Shown here one piece after another: positions 24,935 to 35,112 of a DNA stretch of 43,002 nt. This DNA comes from a virus (Duplodnaviria > Caudoviricetes): positions 1 to 43,002 of the IMG/VR virus record IMGVR_UViG_3300005764_000034. One strand, 5' to 3'. The stretch's first letter is position 1; every line of letters starts with the position of its first letter. The position numbers were made by a program, and so were the translations under genes. Below the pieces are notes generated by a model. The model had not been told where the DNA came from. It ran no database searches and saw nothing but the letters and a program-made list of their open reading frames with translations.

Positions 24935-25551
24935 CAGGCGAGCGACAGCACGATCTGCCCGGTGGTGAACTGCACGGTCATGTTGGCGATGACGGTCTGC
25001 GGGACGACCTTGCGCAGCATGATCCCTCCGGTGTTGGGCGCGTTCACCCCGACGTTGAAGGTGTCGGTCGTCACTCCGGCAACCGTGAGTAGCCCGGTCA
25101 GGAAGCCGGGCGGCGTGGTGCCCTCCGAACCGATCTCGCTCGACATGACCACGCTATCGCCGTTGGCGAAGCCGTGCGCGGGCAGTGTGATGATCGAGGG
25201 CGAGGCGGCGGAGAACGTCGCCGGCTGCCATGGATAGCTGCCCATCCAGTTCCACCAGCCGAGATTGCCGCCAGATGCGAGCGAATAGAGACCTGCCGCG
25301 ATGATGTTCGCTCCTGCGGTGGTGCCGAGCGGGAAGCTGATCGTCGCGTTGTTGCTCTTGGTGCTCGGCCCGGAGCCGGACGCCGCCGCCCACAGCCCGG
25401 CGGTATTGACCCGCGCGTAGCCGGCGAACGCGCTCTCGGTGAAGCCCGATCCGGCGTCGGTGCCGACGGCGGTGAACAGCGCGAGGAACGGGTAGTTGGT
25501 GATGAGCGCGTCGAGGTTCGCCTGGGCGGTCAGATCGGTGAAGCCTGCCAT
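24934..25551 (-). CDS. virion structural protein
   Basis: YAR...NNATISFP...GGNL motifs; HGFANGD insert. Confidence 0.65.
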   Translation of the reverse strand: MAGFTDLTAQANLDALITNYPFLALFTAVGTDAGSGFTESAFAGYARVNTAGLWAAASGSGPSTKSNNATISFPLGTTAGANIIAAGLYSLASGGNLGWWNWMGSYPWQPATFSAASPSIITLPAHGFANGDSVVMSSEIGSEGTTPPGFLTGLLTVAGVTTDTFNVGVNAPNTGGIMLRKVVPQTVIANMTVQFTTGQIVLSLA

Positions 25552-25560
25552 CCTGCGCTC

Positions 25561-26112
25561 CTATGGGATCGTCGCGGCCTGCGGCGGCCAGTTCGGTGTG
25601 TCGCCTCCCGCCATGATGTCGCGCTGCTGCGCCAGCGCGTAGCGGAGGTCGCGCTCCGCCTTGTACAGCGCGACGGCGTCGGTGTCGGCGAAATCGTGCA
25701 TGGTGCCGTCGATGTCGGGCAGCGGCACCGTGGCCGCGTCGTTCGGCAGGCCGATGCCGGAGGATGCGTCGCGCGCGATGGCGCCGACCCGCTGGAAGAT
25801 GCCGTCGTCGATCGGGTAGGTCGCGTCGAGCGCCGGCGTCGCGGTGCTGGTGATCGCGATGCCCTGTGCGATGCGGCCGGCATACTCGCTGTCTGCCGTG
25901 GGCGCGGGAGGCGGCGGCGTGTAGTTGACGAGCGCGCCGGCATCGACCGCCCATTGCCCGGTGAGCCGGTTGTCCCATTCCGCGTCGGTCAGTTCGAGCA
26001 GGTTCGCTGCGTCTGGCAGGTTGCTGCCGTAGTCGAACACCTCGGTATCGTACCAGCCGGTGACCGGGGCGGCGCCCTGGATGCTGCTGTCGAAGCTCGC
26101 GTAGCGCGTCAT
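25561..26112 (-). CDS. tail fibre assembly protein (DUF4376-like C-terminus)
   Basis: VTGWYDT...LP; directly downstream of the fibre gene. Confidence 0.6.
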   Translation of the reverse strand: MTRYASFDSSIQGAAPVTGWYDTEVFDYGSNLPDAANLLELTDAEWDNRLTGQWAVDAGALVNYTPPPPAPTADSEYAGRIAQGIAITSTATPALDATYPIDDGIFQRVGAIARDASSGIGLPNDAATVPLPDIDGTMHDFADTDAVALYKAERDLRYALAQQRDIMAGGDTPNWPPQAATIP

Positions 26113-26113
26113 G

Positions 26114-27250
26114 TCACCACCCCACCGCGATCCACTTGCCGAAGTCGCCGTTGCGCTGCATCGCGTTCGGCGCGGCACCCGAGGACGCCGCCCTGATCTC
26201 GGTGCACGACCAGTAGAACCGAGCGTTGTCGATGATCTGCACCCCGTAGACCGAGCAGCGGAACGGGCTGTCCCAACCGATCACGCCCTGCTCGGTCGCG
26301 GTGATCGCGAGGCAGGCGTTGGGGAATGCGATGGGAAAGGTGACGATGTCCTTGTCGCCGGTCCCTCCGCCGGTGCCCCATTGGACGATGAAGCCGTTCG
26401 CCATGATGTCGTAGCCGGAGGCGGCGGCCGACAGCGTGTAGTCGGCGAGGATGGTCGCCGCGTTCGGATCGCCGCTGCCCTTCGCGCCGAAGTTCGCCCG
26501 CAGCCGCGCGCCCGCGGTGATGTTGCCGCCCGCCGAGAAGCCACCGGCGACGTAGCCGTTGCGCCCGATACCGAGATCGAGGCCGGCGCTGATGCTGCCG
26601 TTCGGCGCCTGCAGGTTGCCGGCGTTCGCCTGGATCGTGTTCGCGGTGTTCAGCGCGCCAGCGTCGGTCAGCGTCAGTATCTCGGCCGAATAGGCGTTGT
26701 TGACGATGGAGAAGTTGCCGTTGATCGCGCGCAGCCACTTCGCCGGCGTGCCGCCAGGACCCCACAGGCGGATGCCGGCGCCGTAGTTGGTGTCGCCGCG
26801 CCCGTCGATGATGAGCGCCTCGAGACCTGACTGCACCGCGAAGGTCGCCGCAGACCAGCCCGCGCCGCCCGCGTCCGGGTTGGTCGTGTTGTTGTCGACG
26901 GAGGACTGATAGACGATCGCCGGGTTGCCCGTGCTCCTGATCCAGCAATTCGCCGGATAGCCGCCGATCGCGGTCTGGAACGCCGCGTCGTACATGACCG
27001 GGATGCCGGCGGTCAGGCAGCGCAGCCACGAGGTGATCTGCAGCAGGATGCCGTTGTGGTCCTGGCCGAATGGCGGGATACCGCCTGCGCTGACTGCTTG
27101 AAAATTAAGCGGAACAAATCCGTCGGTCAGTGACGCGGCGCCGGGCGTGATGCTTATCTGGCTTCCGACAGGGATCGCACGGACGTAGCTTGGTCCAGCG
27201 CCAGAAGCAAACGCCACCGGGAACTTTGCAGGCGAGTCGATCTGCCTCAT
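26114..27250 (-). CDS. tail fibre protein (gp53-like C-terminus)
   Basis: GAASLTDGF...GGIPPFGQDHNGIL; IGGYP; GFIVQWG...FPIAFPN. Confidence 0.85.
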   Translation of the reverse strand: MRQIDSPAKFPVAFASGAGPSYVRAIPVGSQISITPGAASLTDGFVPLNFQAVSAGGIPPFGQDHNGILLQITSWLRCLTAGIPVMYDAAFQTAIGGYPANCWIRSTGNPAIVYQSSVDNNTTNPDAGGAGWSAATFAVQSGLEALIIDGRGDTNYGAGIRLWGPGGTPAKWLRAINGNFSIVNNAYSAEILTLTDAGALNTANTIQANAGNLQAPNGSISAGLDLGIGRNGYVAGGFSAGGNITAGARLRANFGAKGSGDPNAATILADYTLSAAASGYDIMANGFIVQWGTGGGTGDKDIVTFPIAFPNACLAITATEQGVIGWDSPFRCSVYGVQIIDNARFYWSCTEIRAASSGAAPNAMQRNGDFGKWIAVGW

Positions 27251-27597
27251 GCGGCAGCCTCCGTCTTCTTCCTGGCGCGATACCGCTTCACTCTGGCTTT
27301 GATCTTCTCTTTGTCGCGGACGTATCGAAGACGACCGATCATCCTCGCATGCTCTGAATTAGCAGCACGCCGCGCTCGTTCTTCAGCACGGAACAGTGCC
27401 GGGTCGGCGGCTCGCTTCGCGCGTTGCTTCTCACTGATCTCCTTGCGGTGTTTCGCATACCAAGCCGCCATTCGGGCGAGTGCCTCATCATGATGGTCAC
27501 CCTGATAGGCCATTACCCTCTCGATGATGCTCTCCCGGTTTTCCCTATAACGGGCAGCATGGTAGGCTTTGGCGGCCACCGGGTCTTTATGTGGCAT
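27247..27597 (-). CDS. basic helical protein resembling an HNH endonuclease N-terminal arm
   Basis: YRENRE, WYAKHRKEI, YVRDKEKIKAR; lower GC than neighbours. Confidence 0.55.
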   Translation of the reverse strand: MPHKDPVAAKAYHAARYRENRESIIERVMAYQGDHHDEALARMAAWYAKHRKEISEKQRAKRAADPALFRAEERARRAANSEHARMIGRLRYVRDKEKIKARVKRYRARKKTEAAA

Positions 27598-29116
27598 TCG
27601 CAGCCCCCAATCGCGCCTCAAGCTCGGCCACCCGCGCGGTGAGCTGCTGCACCGCGCGCACCAGCGTGGCGATCAGCGGCAACTCGCGGATCATGTCGTA
27701 TGCCTCCGGCCGGTCCGCCTGCGCATAGGCGACCGGGATGACCTCGCCGACCTCGTGGGCGATCAGGCCGAACGGCCAGTGCTGCTCGACCGCGCCGGGG
27801 ATCGGCACCTTCATGTCAAACTCACGGACCTTCAGCGCATTGATCGCGGCGAGCGCATCAAGCGTCGGCTCGCCGATGTTGGTCTTGAGCCGCGCGTCCG
27901 ACGGCGAATAAGTCCATGCGACCACGGTGCCGGTGCCATAGTAGGCATAGACCTGACTGGCGCCGCCGTTGAGCGCGATCTCCCAGGTCCCGGTCAGCCC
28001 GCCGCCCGAGGTGCTGCGGATCAGGTAGCCGTAGTTGCCGGAGTTGATGAAGCTGGTGACTCCGTATCCGTCCCAGCCGAACGCGAAGGCGTTGCCGCCG
28101 CCCGTGACCTGCGGATAGAGCACGCCCTGGCCCGCCTCGTTGATCTCCAGCAGCGATACCCCGCTGCCGTTGAGGTAGTAGAGGTGCCCGGTGCTGCGGC
28201 TCCAGGTCAGGCCCCAGGCGCCGGCGAACCGCAGATAGGCGTTGCTCGCGTCGGCGCTGAAGTAGCCGCCCGATGCGGTCAGGTTGAAACCGCCGGAGCC
28301 TCCGGTGGTGACGGCGCCACCCGATGCGATGTTGCCGTTGGCATTGAGGTTGCCGCTGCCGTCGAGCGACATGACCTGCGTGTTGCCGGCCACCCACGCG
28401 CGCGTGCCGTTGCTGCTGTTCCAGTAGTCGTAGTGGCCGGAGCGATGGACCTGATAGTGGTTGCCGTCGGACGCGCTGCGATAGAACGACCATTCCCAGC
28501 CGTTCGCCGGGTCGATGAGGAAGCTGGTGGTGACATAGAGCGAGCCGCCGGCCACCACGTTGCCGGTGAAGCTCGGGCTGGCGACCGGCGCGCGCGAGGT
28601 GTCGGTCGCGTGGCGATGGTCGGCGCGCGCATAGGCCAGCGAGGTGCCGACCGCCACCGCGCCGTCCATCTGCGGGTTCACCGCCGAGGCCGCCGGTATG
28701 CCGGCGCCGGCCACGAACGCGGTGGTCGCGATCTTGGTGCTGTTGTCGCCCGCCGTCGGCGTCGGAGCGGTGGGCGTCCCGGTCAGCGCGGGGGAGGCGA
28801 GCGGCGCGCCGCCCGCTCCGGTGACGTCGGCGGCGGTCAGCGTGACCGCGCCGGTCCTGCTGTTGAACGATCCGACGCCCGCCGTGCCGCCGACCACCGC
28901 CGCTTTGACGAACGCGGTGGTCGCGACAGTGGTGTCGTTGCTCGCGCCCGCTGCCGTCGGCGCGGTCGGCGTGCCGGTGAAGCCCGGGGAGTTGAGGTCG
29001 GCCTTGCCGGACTGCAGCGCGGTGATCTCGGACTTCGCGGTGGCCCAGTTCGCGCGCTCGGCCGAGGTCAGCGCGTTGCCGAAGGGCGGGACGGTGGCGT
29101 CGATGGCGCTCGGCAT
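27587..29116 (-). CDS. tail fibre with C-terminal intramolecular chaperone (peptidase S74)
   Basis: SPxxTGTPTAPT repeats; SDARLKTNI...GLIAHEV...LVRAVQQL coiled coil. Confidence 0.88.
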   Translation of the reverse strand: MPSAIDATVPPFGNALTSAERANWATAKSEITALQSGKADLNSPGFTGTPTAPTAAGASNDTTVATTAFVKAAVVGGTAGVGSFNSRTGAVTLTAADVTGAGGAPLASPALTGTPTAPTPTAGDNSTKIATTAFVAGAGIPAASAVNPQMDGAVAVGTSLAYARADHRHATDTSRAPVASPSFTGNVVAGGSLYVTTSFLIDPANGWEWSFYRSASDGNHYQVHRSGHYDYWNSSNGTRAWVAGNTQVMSLDGSGNLNANGNIASGGAVTTGGSGGFNLTASGGYFSADASNAYLRFAGAWGLTWSRSTGHLYYLNGSGVSLLEINEAGQGVLYPQVTGGGNAFAFGWDGYGVTSFINSGNYGYLIRSTSGGGLTGTWEIALNGGASQVYAYYGTGTVVAWTYSPSDARLKTNIGEPTLDALAAINALKVREFDMKVPIPGAVEQHWPFGLIAHEVGEVIPVAYAQADRPEAYDMIRELPLIATLVRAVQQLTARVAELEARLGAANAT

Positions 29117-29754
29117 CAGGTTCTATCCCACGATGTCATGCGGCTGTCCCAGACGGTCCCGCCGCCGTCCCACGGCGTCGAGGTGTGCAGCTCCTGCGCC
29201 ACCGTCGCCGACACGCCGGCCGGCTTCGGCAGGATGCCGGACGCCTGCGCGATGCTGACGTCGAGCGGGGTCATCTGGAACTCGAACTTGTACTGCATCG
29301 TCATGTCGCGGCCGTCGACGACGTACACGTTGCCGCGGCGCGGCCAGAGCATCAGCAGGATGTTGTTGATGCCGGGGATGCTGCCGTCGCAGATGTTCGC
29401 CGCCGCCTTCGCCAGCAGCAGCGTGCGGTAGCCGGTGTCGTCGAGGATGACGTTCTGCGTGAGCTTCTGGCCCGAGTAGAACGGCGACTGCCCGTACGGG
29501 TCGGCCGACACCGTGGTCGCCTCGTCGTAGCCCCAGTACTTGCCGGTGGCGACCGCGATGACGCGGCCGATGCCGAGGATGCGGCCCCACGCGTCCAAGC
29601 CCCAGCCAACAGCGGTGTCGATATTCCACATCAAGTCATAGAAATCATTGATGTTCTTGGTCGGATCAATCCACTGGTTGAATGCCTCGATCAGAAGAGT
29701 GATAGTCGGTGACGCATCGTATTGACTGATTACGGTCGGGTCGGGGTTTTGCAT
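29116..29754 (-). CDS. baseplate wedge protein (DUF2612)
   Basis: ISQY..SP, WNIDTAVGWGLDAWGRILG, LPKPAGV. Confidence 0.85.
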   Translation of the reverse strand: MQNPDPTVISQYDASPTITLLIEAFNQWIDPTKNINDFYDLMWNIDTAVGWGLDAWGRILGIGRVIAVATGKYWGYDEATTVSADPYGQSPFYSGQKLTQNVILDDTGYRTLLLAKAAANICDGSIPGINNILLMLWPRRGNVYVVDGRDMTMQYKFEFQMTPLDVSIAQASGILPKPAGVSATVAQELHTSTPWDGGGTVWDSRMTSWDRT

Positions 29755-30238
29755 GTCAGTGACGCTCGCCGATATACGAAAGGTTCTGCCTCTCGCGCCG
29801 CAGAGGTTCCTCGACAAGATCGCACCCGACGCGACCGGATGCTGGCTCTGGACCGGGGTCCTCATCCCCAACGGATACGGCCAGTTCTGGTGGAACGGCC
29901 GGATGGAGAACGCCCACGTCATGGCCGCGCGGTTCAGCGGCCGAGAGGTGATTGGCGGGAAGCGCGGACAGATCGTCCGGCATTCGTGCGACGTGCGTCC
30001 CTGCTGTTATCCGATCCACCTGTTCGTCGGATCGCAGGCTGAGAACCAAGCCGACATGGTCAGCAAGAGCCGACAAGCCTTCGGCGAGCGGCATGGGATG
30101 GCAATCCTGAGCGAAGACGACGTGCTCTACATCCTCGGCCGCCATGAGACCGCTCCGGCCGCTGCCGCCCTGTTCGGGGTAGCGACCGCGACCATCCACG
30201 ATATCCGTCAAGGGCGCAGATGGCGTCATCTCAGATGA
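29753..30238 (+). CDS. HNH homing endonuclease, antisense to the late operon
   Basis: GCWLWTG...GYG...AH...[16 protein letters not shown]...EN..DM; C-terminal HTH. Confidence 0.88.
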   Translation: MSVTLADIRKVLPLAPQRFLDKIAPDATGCWLWTGVLIPNGYGQFWWNGRMENAHVMAARFSGREVIGGKRGQIVRHSCDVRPCCYPIHLFVGSQAENQADMVSKSRQAFGERHGMAILSEDDVLYILGRHETAPAAAALFGVATATIHDIRQGRRWRHLR

Positions 30239-31661
30239 GGCTCACGACGACGTTCGCAGCCCCTAAAACTGGAACGTGGGCGATGCCGACCGCGACGCTG
30301 TTCAGCCCGGCCGCGAGCGCCTGCATCGCCTCGCTGGCGACGGTCTGCGCGATGGCGACGTTGTAGGTGCCGGTGCCGCCCGTGCCGGTGCCGAGCGAGA
30401 CGATCCGCACGCCGTCCGCGACGCCGGGCGCGACCACGGTCTGCCCGACCGCCAGCGTGCCCGAGGCGACCGCGCTGACCGTCATGACGGTGCCGGCGAT
30501 GGCGGCGGTGAAGGCCGCCGCGGGGGCGGCGGTGCTGCCGATCTGGATGGCGAGTATCTCGCACCACGGCCCGAGCGCGGCGACGCCCGCGTAGAACCGC
30601 GAGGCGAACAGCTCGGCGCCGATCCGCGCGCGCGTGCCGCCGTCGAGGCCGTTGAACGCGGCGAGCACGGCGTTCGCCACGAGCTGCTGCACGTTGCCCG
30701 GCACCGAGGGGTTGTTGCGCAGGCTGACGCCGACGACGAAGGTCTGGCTCGCGGCGATCTGGAACGTGATCGAGTAGGACGGCAGCGGCGCGCCGTAACC
30801 GGAGTTCTGGTCGTACACGGTCTCGGTGTGGTTGCCCGCCATGCCGCAGCCCGGCGGCTTCTTCGACCAGATCGCCTGCGCGACCGCCTGCGGATCGCCT
30901 CCCGCCACGCAACAGTACATCGAATGCGCGGGGATGGTGACGCCGTCGGACACGACGGGCGATCCGGTGGAGTTCTCGGTGGTGTAGGCGTCGAGCACGT
31001 TCGGCACGTTGAGCACCGCCGCCTGGATGCTCTGCACCGTGGCCTGCGCGTTGACCGACACGGAGGCGAAGCGGCGTTGCTCGAACGCGGCGCGGCTCTC
31101 GACGTCGTTGCCGACCACCGCGTCGGCGGCGTTCGAGATTAGGTCCCAGCCGGGGATCGCCTGATAGACGATCGACAGCGATCCGGCGGGGCACGCGATG
31201 GGCCCGGTGACGGTCGCGGCGAACGGCAGCACGACGGTGCCGGACGCGCCGATGACGCCGCCCTCGCTGCACTCGAACAGCGTGCCGTCCTGCGCCGCGG
31301 CGAGCGCGCCGGTCGGGATCACGACGCCCGGCAGGCCGGTGCAGGTCGCCTGCGCCGTGGTCGGCTCGGCCGGCATGCGCGAGAGGAAGTAGATGCGGCC
31401 GATGGCGTCCTGCATCCGGCCCGAGGCGTACGCCGGGTCGACGCCGTTCGCCAGCGCGAGGAACTGCGCGTCCTTGTCGCCGATGATCGCTGCCAGGCTC
31501 GACGCGAGCTGGCCCTGCGGCGTCTCGAGCGCCTGGTTGAGCCTGCCGCCGAACGCCGCGTTGATGTCGGCCTGCACGCCGGCCAGCACGTCCGGCTCGG
31601 ACGGCGCGACGAAGCCGGCGTCGCCGAGGTAGGGCTGCGGGACCGAGGTGGTGCCGCTCAC
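30231..31661 (-). CDS. baseplate J/gp47-like protein
   Basis: [31 protein letters not shown]. Confidence 0.9.
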   Translation of the reverse strand: MSGTTSVPQPYLGDAGFVAPSEPDVLAGVQADINAAFGGRLNQALETPQGQLASSLAAIIGDKDAQFLALANGVDPAYASGRMQDAIGRIYFLSRMPAEPTTAQATCTGLPGVVIPTGALAAAQDGTLFECSEGGVIGASGTVVLPFAATVTGPIACPAGSLSIVYQAIPGWDLISNAADAVVGNDVESRAAFEQRRFASVSVNAQATVQSIQAAVLNVPNVLDAYTTENSTGSPVVSDGVTIPAHSMYCCVAGGDPQAVAQAIWSKKPPGCGMAGNHTETVYDQNSGYGAPLPSYSITFQIAASQTFVVGVSLRNNPSVPGNVQQLVANAVLAAFNGLDGGTRARIGAELFASRFYAGVAALGPWCEILAIQIGSTAAPAAAFTAAIAGTVMTVSAVASGTLAVGQTVVAPGVADGVRIVSLGTGTGGTGTYNVAIAQTVASEAMQALAAGLNSVAVGIAHVPVLGAANVVVSLI

Positions 31662-32023
31662 AGCCCGCGCATCGCGACGTCGATCCGGCCGCGCTCGCGC
31701 GCCGCGACGAGCAGCCGCGCGATGGCCTTCGCCATGCCGTCGGTCCGCTCGCTGGCGAGCACGCGCTCGACCACCTCCCAGTCGATCGAGACCGCGCCGT
31801 CGGCGGAGATGCTGGCGACGCAGAACTGCCAGCCGGTCGGCGCGATGTTGCCGGTGAAGGTTGCGCTCGGATCGGCCGAGAACGCGCCGACCTGCTCGTT
31901 GGTCAGCGGCGTCGCGGGTTGGTGCAGGCCTTCGGGCAATGAATGCGCAGCGACAGCGTGCTGGTGATCTGCCCCGTCGCCGGCATCGTAGGCTGCGTCC
32001 CTGGGGAAGTGCGCCATGTTCAT
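31658..32023 (-). CDS. hypothetical protein
   Basis: coupled at both ends between the spike and J genes. Confidence 0.5.
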   Translation of the reverse strand: MNMAHFPRDAAYDAGDGADHQHAVAAHSLPEGLHQPATPLTNEQVGAFSADPSATFTGNIAPTGWQFCVASISADGAVSIDWEVVERVLASERTDGMAKAIARLLVAARERGRIDVAMRGL

Positions 32024-32685
32024 GTCCCCGGCTTGGGTTGTCCGCTCTCGCCGCCGCCCGGCACGACGCCGAGGTGGTGGTGCGTCGCGAGGTTGATCGT
32101 CGTCGCCGCGTCGGCCGAGTTGATCGTCACGGTCCCCTTCATAACCGCATTGCCCGTGGCGTCGATGGCGAAGTTGCGCGCGGTGATCGTCAGGTCGAAC
32201 GGCGTGCCGATCTCGATGCCGTTCGGGTGGAAGCGGATGTAGTGCTGCGGCGCGCCGTTGAGCACGCCGCCGTGGTAGAGGCCGTCCGACATGCTGAACC
32301 GCCGGCGCGAGCCGGGCAGCGACGCCTTGCGCGTGCGCTTCACCGACGAGATGTCGTGGCTGGCGAAGGTCGCGATGCCGATGTCGCCGACCTTCGGGTC
32401 CATGATGACCGCCGCGTCGCCGCCCTGCGCGCGCAGGTACGGCAGGTTGTGCAGCACGCCGTGCGGCATCGGCTGGCCGTTGCCGTCGACCTGATGGACC
32501 ATCGGGCGGACGCTGACGAAGCCGACCGGCCCGACCTCGCCGTTGGTCGTCACCGACACGACCTGCACCAGCGTCGTCGTCGCGTTCCTGTTCTGGAGCT
32601 GCTTGATCGCGAACTTGATCTGCGAGAAGTCGCCGCCGAGGTCGAACGGCGTCGCCATGCCGGCGTATGACTTCGAGCCGCTCAC
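32020..32685 (-). CDS. baseplate central spike (gp138/gpV-like)
   Basis: MDPKVGDIG...DIS...RRFSMSDG; C-terminal THHHLGV iron-binding motif. Confidence 0.88.
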   Translation of the reverse strand: MSGSKSYAGMATPFDLGGDFSQIKFAIKQLQNRNATTTLVQVVSVTTNGEVGPVGFVSVRPMVHQVDGNGQPMPHGVLHNLPYLRAQGGDAAVIMDPKVGDIGIATFASHDISSVKRTRKASLPGSRRRFSMSDGLYHGGVLNGAPQHYIRFHPNGIEIGTPFDLTITARNFAIDATGNAVMKGTVTINSADAATTINLATHHHLGVVPGGGESGQPKPGT

Positions 32686-33647
32686 GACGCGACGCCGATC
32701 TTGTCGAGGCCGAGCGAGGTGAACCACTGGCCGCCCGCCGTCTCGGTCTCCAGCTCGTGGTGCAGCTCCATCACGCGCCATTCGCCGGTCGCCATCCGCA
32801 CGTCGCTCTCGACCCGCACGTGCCCGAGCACGCGGATGTCCTTGTTGAACATGGTGCGCACCCGCACGTGCGCCGCGGAATGGAAGGCCGGGTAGCCGAC
32901 CATGCCGGTCTTCGGCGAGATCAGCGCCATCGGCCCCTGCCGCGGCGAGCCGTAGTGCGGGAAGATGACCATCCGCCCGTCGTCGACCGTGTACGAGAAG
33001 TTGCCGGCCTCGGCGACGAGGTCGGCCTGCATGATCGCGGTGCCCTGGAGGTACTGGTCGGTCAGCATGGTCGGCGGCACGCCGGCGTTCTCGAACGCGT
33101 AGCCGGCGTTCTTGGCGATCTGCTGCATGATGACCACGGCGTCGGTCTGGTCGATGAACGACAGCGGCTCGATCGGCTTGAGCTGGTCGACGAACGCGGT
33201 CTGCGACTGCACGACGAGCATCGCGTTCGGCAGCGCGTCCATCTGCGGATACGACTCCCAGATGGTGCCGCGGTAGATTTCCGACACGCCGTCCTCGTCG
33301 CCGGCCGCGAGCAGGATGGCGTTGCTGCGCAGGTCGGCGAGACGCAGCGTGCCGAGCGTGCAGAGCGTGTTGATGAGGCTCCAGTTCAGCCCGCCGATGC
33401 GCACCTGCGCGGTGTTCATCACGGAGGCCGGGAACTTCTGGATCGACGCGTGCACCTCCAGCCCCGTGACCTTGTAGGTCTTGACGCCGGCCTCGCCGAA
33501 GTTGCCCTGGCCGAGCTTGAACGTGACGTCGATGCGCCGCCCGCGCATCCCTCCCTTGGGAGGCTCCGCCTGCGCCTGGTTCTGGTCCGCGTTGCCGAAC
33601 GCGGAGCGGTTGCGGGCTGCGGCGTCGGGCGGAACTGTGGCGCTCAT
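32682..33647 (-). CDS. baseplate hub protein
   Basis: LAAGD, GYAFEN, ISPKTGMVGYP, GEW; gene order. Confidence 0.8.
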   Translation of the reverse strand: MSATVPPDAAARNRSAFGNADQNQAQAEPPKGGMRGRRIDVTFKLGQGNFGEAGVKTYKVTGLEVHASIQKFPASVMNTAQVRIGGLNWSLINTLCTLGTLRLADLRSNAILLAAGDEDGVSEIYRGTIWESYPQMDALPNAMLVVQSQTAFVDQLKPIEPLSFIDQTDAVVIMQQIAKNAGYAFENAGVPPTMLTDQYLQGTAIMQADLVAEAGNFSYTVDDGRMVIFPHYGSPRQGPMALISPKTGMVGYPAFHSAAHVRVRTMFNKDIRVLGHVRVESDVRMATGEWRVMELHHELETETAGGQWFTSLGLDKIGVAS

Positions 33648-33952
33648 GGCGGATATATCTGCCACGCTTCGAGGTAGGTGAGCACCCAGCGGACGCCGAG
33701 GCCGTCCCATCGCGGGTCGTCGTTCGCCTGCCGGTCGATGAACATCAGGTCGCCGGCGAAGCCGCGGTAGTAGTCGCGCACGATCAGGCTCGCGTTGTGG
33801 CAGACGACGCCGCCGACGACGATGAGGTCGTTGAGGAACACGTCGCAGTGGAGGCCGGTGGTGCGGTGGTACACGTTGATCCGCGCGCGCTGCCCGCCGA
33901 GCGTCGGTGCGACGGTCTGCGACGGCACCGCCATGAGCGGCACGATCTGCAT
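33644..33952 (-). CDS. small baseplate protein
   Basis: VPSQT...YRGFAGDLMFID...DP..GLG.RW.L.Y. Confidence 0.75.
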   Translation of the reverse strand: MQIVPLMAVPSQTVAPTLGGQRARINVYHRTTGLHCDVFLNDLIVVGGVVCHNASLIVRDYYRGFAGDLMFIDRQANDDPRWDGLGVRWVLTYLEAWQIYPP

Positions 33953-35112
33953 CAGTGTTTCGTCCAGCTGATCGGCGCGTCGGGGTAGTGCATGCCCGGC
34001 GCGTAGTTCGGCGTGTAGCCCTGGCTCGTCATGCCGTCGACGTAGCTGCCCCACGACTGGCCGGTGTGGTTGATCGCGAACGGCGAGGAGGCCATCTGCT
34101 GCTGCGTGACGCCGCCCGGCGCCGTTATCGTCGCGGGGGTGCCGTCCGCGTTGAGGATCGGCACGGTGTTGAGGCCGGTCGCCGGCGCGCCGCCCTCGCC
34201 GAGCTGCTGGATCGTCACGGTCGGCTTCGGCGCCGGCGGCGGGTCCGGCAACGACGACGACGGCCCCTGCTGCTGCGGCTGCGGCGAGCCACCGCTCTGC
34301 GGCGCGGCGCTCTGCGGGTTCTTCGGCGCGTCGGCGGCGCCGTTGCCGGGCGCGGGCGAGCCGCTGCTCGGCGATCCGCCCGGGCCGCTGCCCTTTCCGC
34401 TGCTGCCGGCGTCGCCGCCGCTGCCGCCCGGCTGCGCGCTCTTGTCGCCGCTGATCGGGTCGGTGTTCGGCACCTCGCCCGAGGTGAACGCGCCTTTCGG
34501 CGTCAGCCTGATCTCCTGCAGCCAGCACTCGACGCGGATGATCGACACGCCGCCTCGCGCCTCGCGCCGGTAGTCGTAGTGCATCAGCATCATGTTCTGG
34601 TAGGTCGCCTCCGGCGTGACGACCGTCATCAGGTCCTTCTTGTTGCCGACGGCGGTGTCGATGTCGGACAGCATCTGCCGCCGCCCGTCGCTCGACCCGC
34701 CGAGCACGCCGAGGCCCGACAGCAGCGCGCCGCCCGGGATCAGCGAGCCGAGCAGCGACTGGTTGCCGGCGACCGCGAAGGTGATGCGCACGTCGAACGG
34801 CGTCTTGACCTTGTTGTACGAGTTGAACGCGCCGCGCTCGATCGGATAGGTCGCGATCTGCCACTCCTGCCGGTAGTCGACCGAGATCACGCTGTCGGCC
34901 TGCAGCACCGGCTGGCCCGCCTTGTCGCCGCTCGACCACCAGATGCCCCATTGCGGCCCGAGGCCGAGCAGCTGCTTGACGATCTGGATCGCGTCGGACG
35001 CGACCGCGACGACGGTGTTCTCGACGGCGCCGGCCGACCGCATCATCGGCGGCACGCCGGGCGAGCGCGGCACGTTCGCGTACTGCGGCGGCGAGGTCGG
35101 CGCGAGCGCCAT
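33952..35112 (-). CDS. baseplate/tail-tube initiator protein with long Gly/Pro/Ser-rich C-terminal extension
   Basis: YPIERGAFNSYNKVKTP, VVTPE.TY, LQEIR. Confidence 0.75.
   Translation of the reverse strand: MALAPTSPPQYANVPRSPGVPPMMRSAGAVENTVVAVASDAIQIVKQLLGLGPQWGIWWSSGDKAGQPVLQADSVISVDYRQEWQIATYPIERGAFNSYNKVKTPFDVRITFAVAGNQSLLGSLIPGGALLSGLGVLGGSSDGRRQMLSDIDTAVGNKKDLMTVVTPEATYQNMMLMHYDYRREARGGVSIIRVECWLQEIRLTPKGAFTSGEVPNTDPISGDKSAQPGGSGGDAGSSGKGSGPGGSPSSGSPAPGNGAADAPKNPQSAAPQSGGSPQPQQQGPSSSLPDPPPAPKPTVTIQQLGEGGAPATGLNTVPILNADGTPATITAPGGVTQQQMASSPFAINHTGQSWGSYVDGMTSQGYTPNYAPGMHYPDAPISWTKH

Noticed and set aside
20043-29116. Diversity-generating retroelement or invertible fibre cassette
   Set aside because: No reverse transcriptase, invertase or TR/VR pair was seen.
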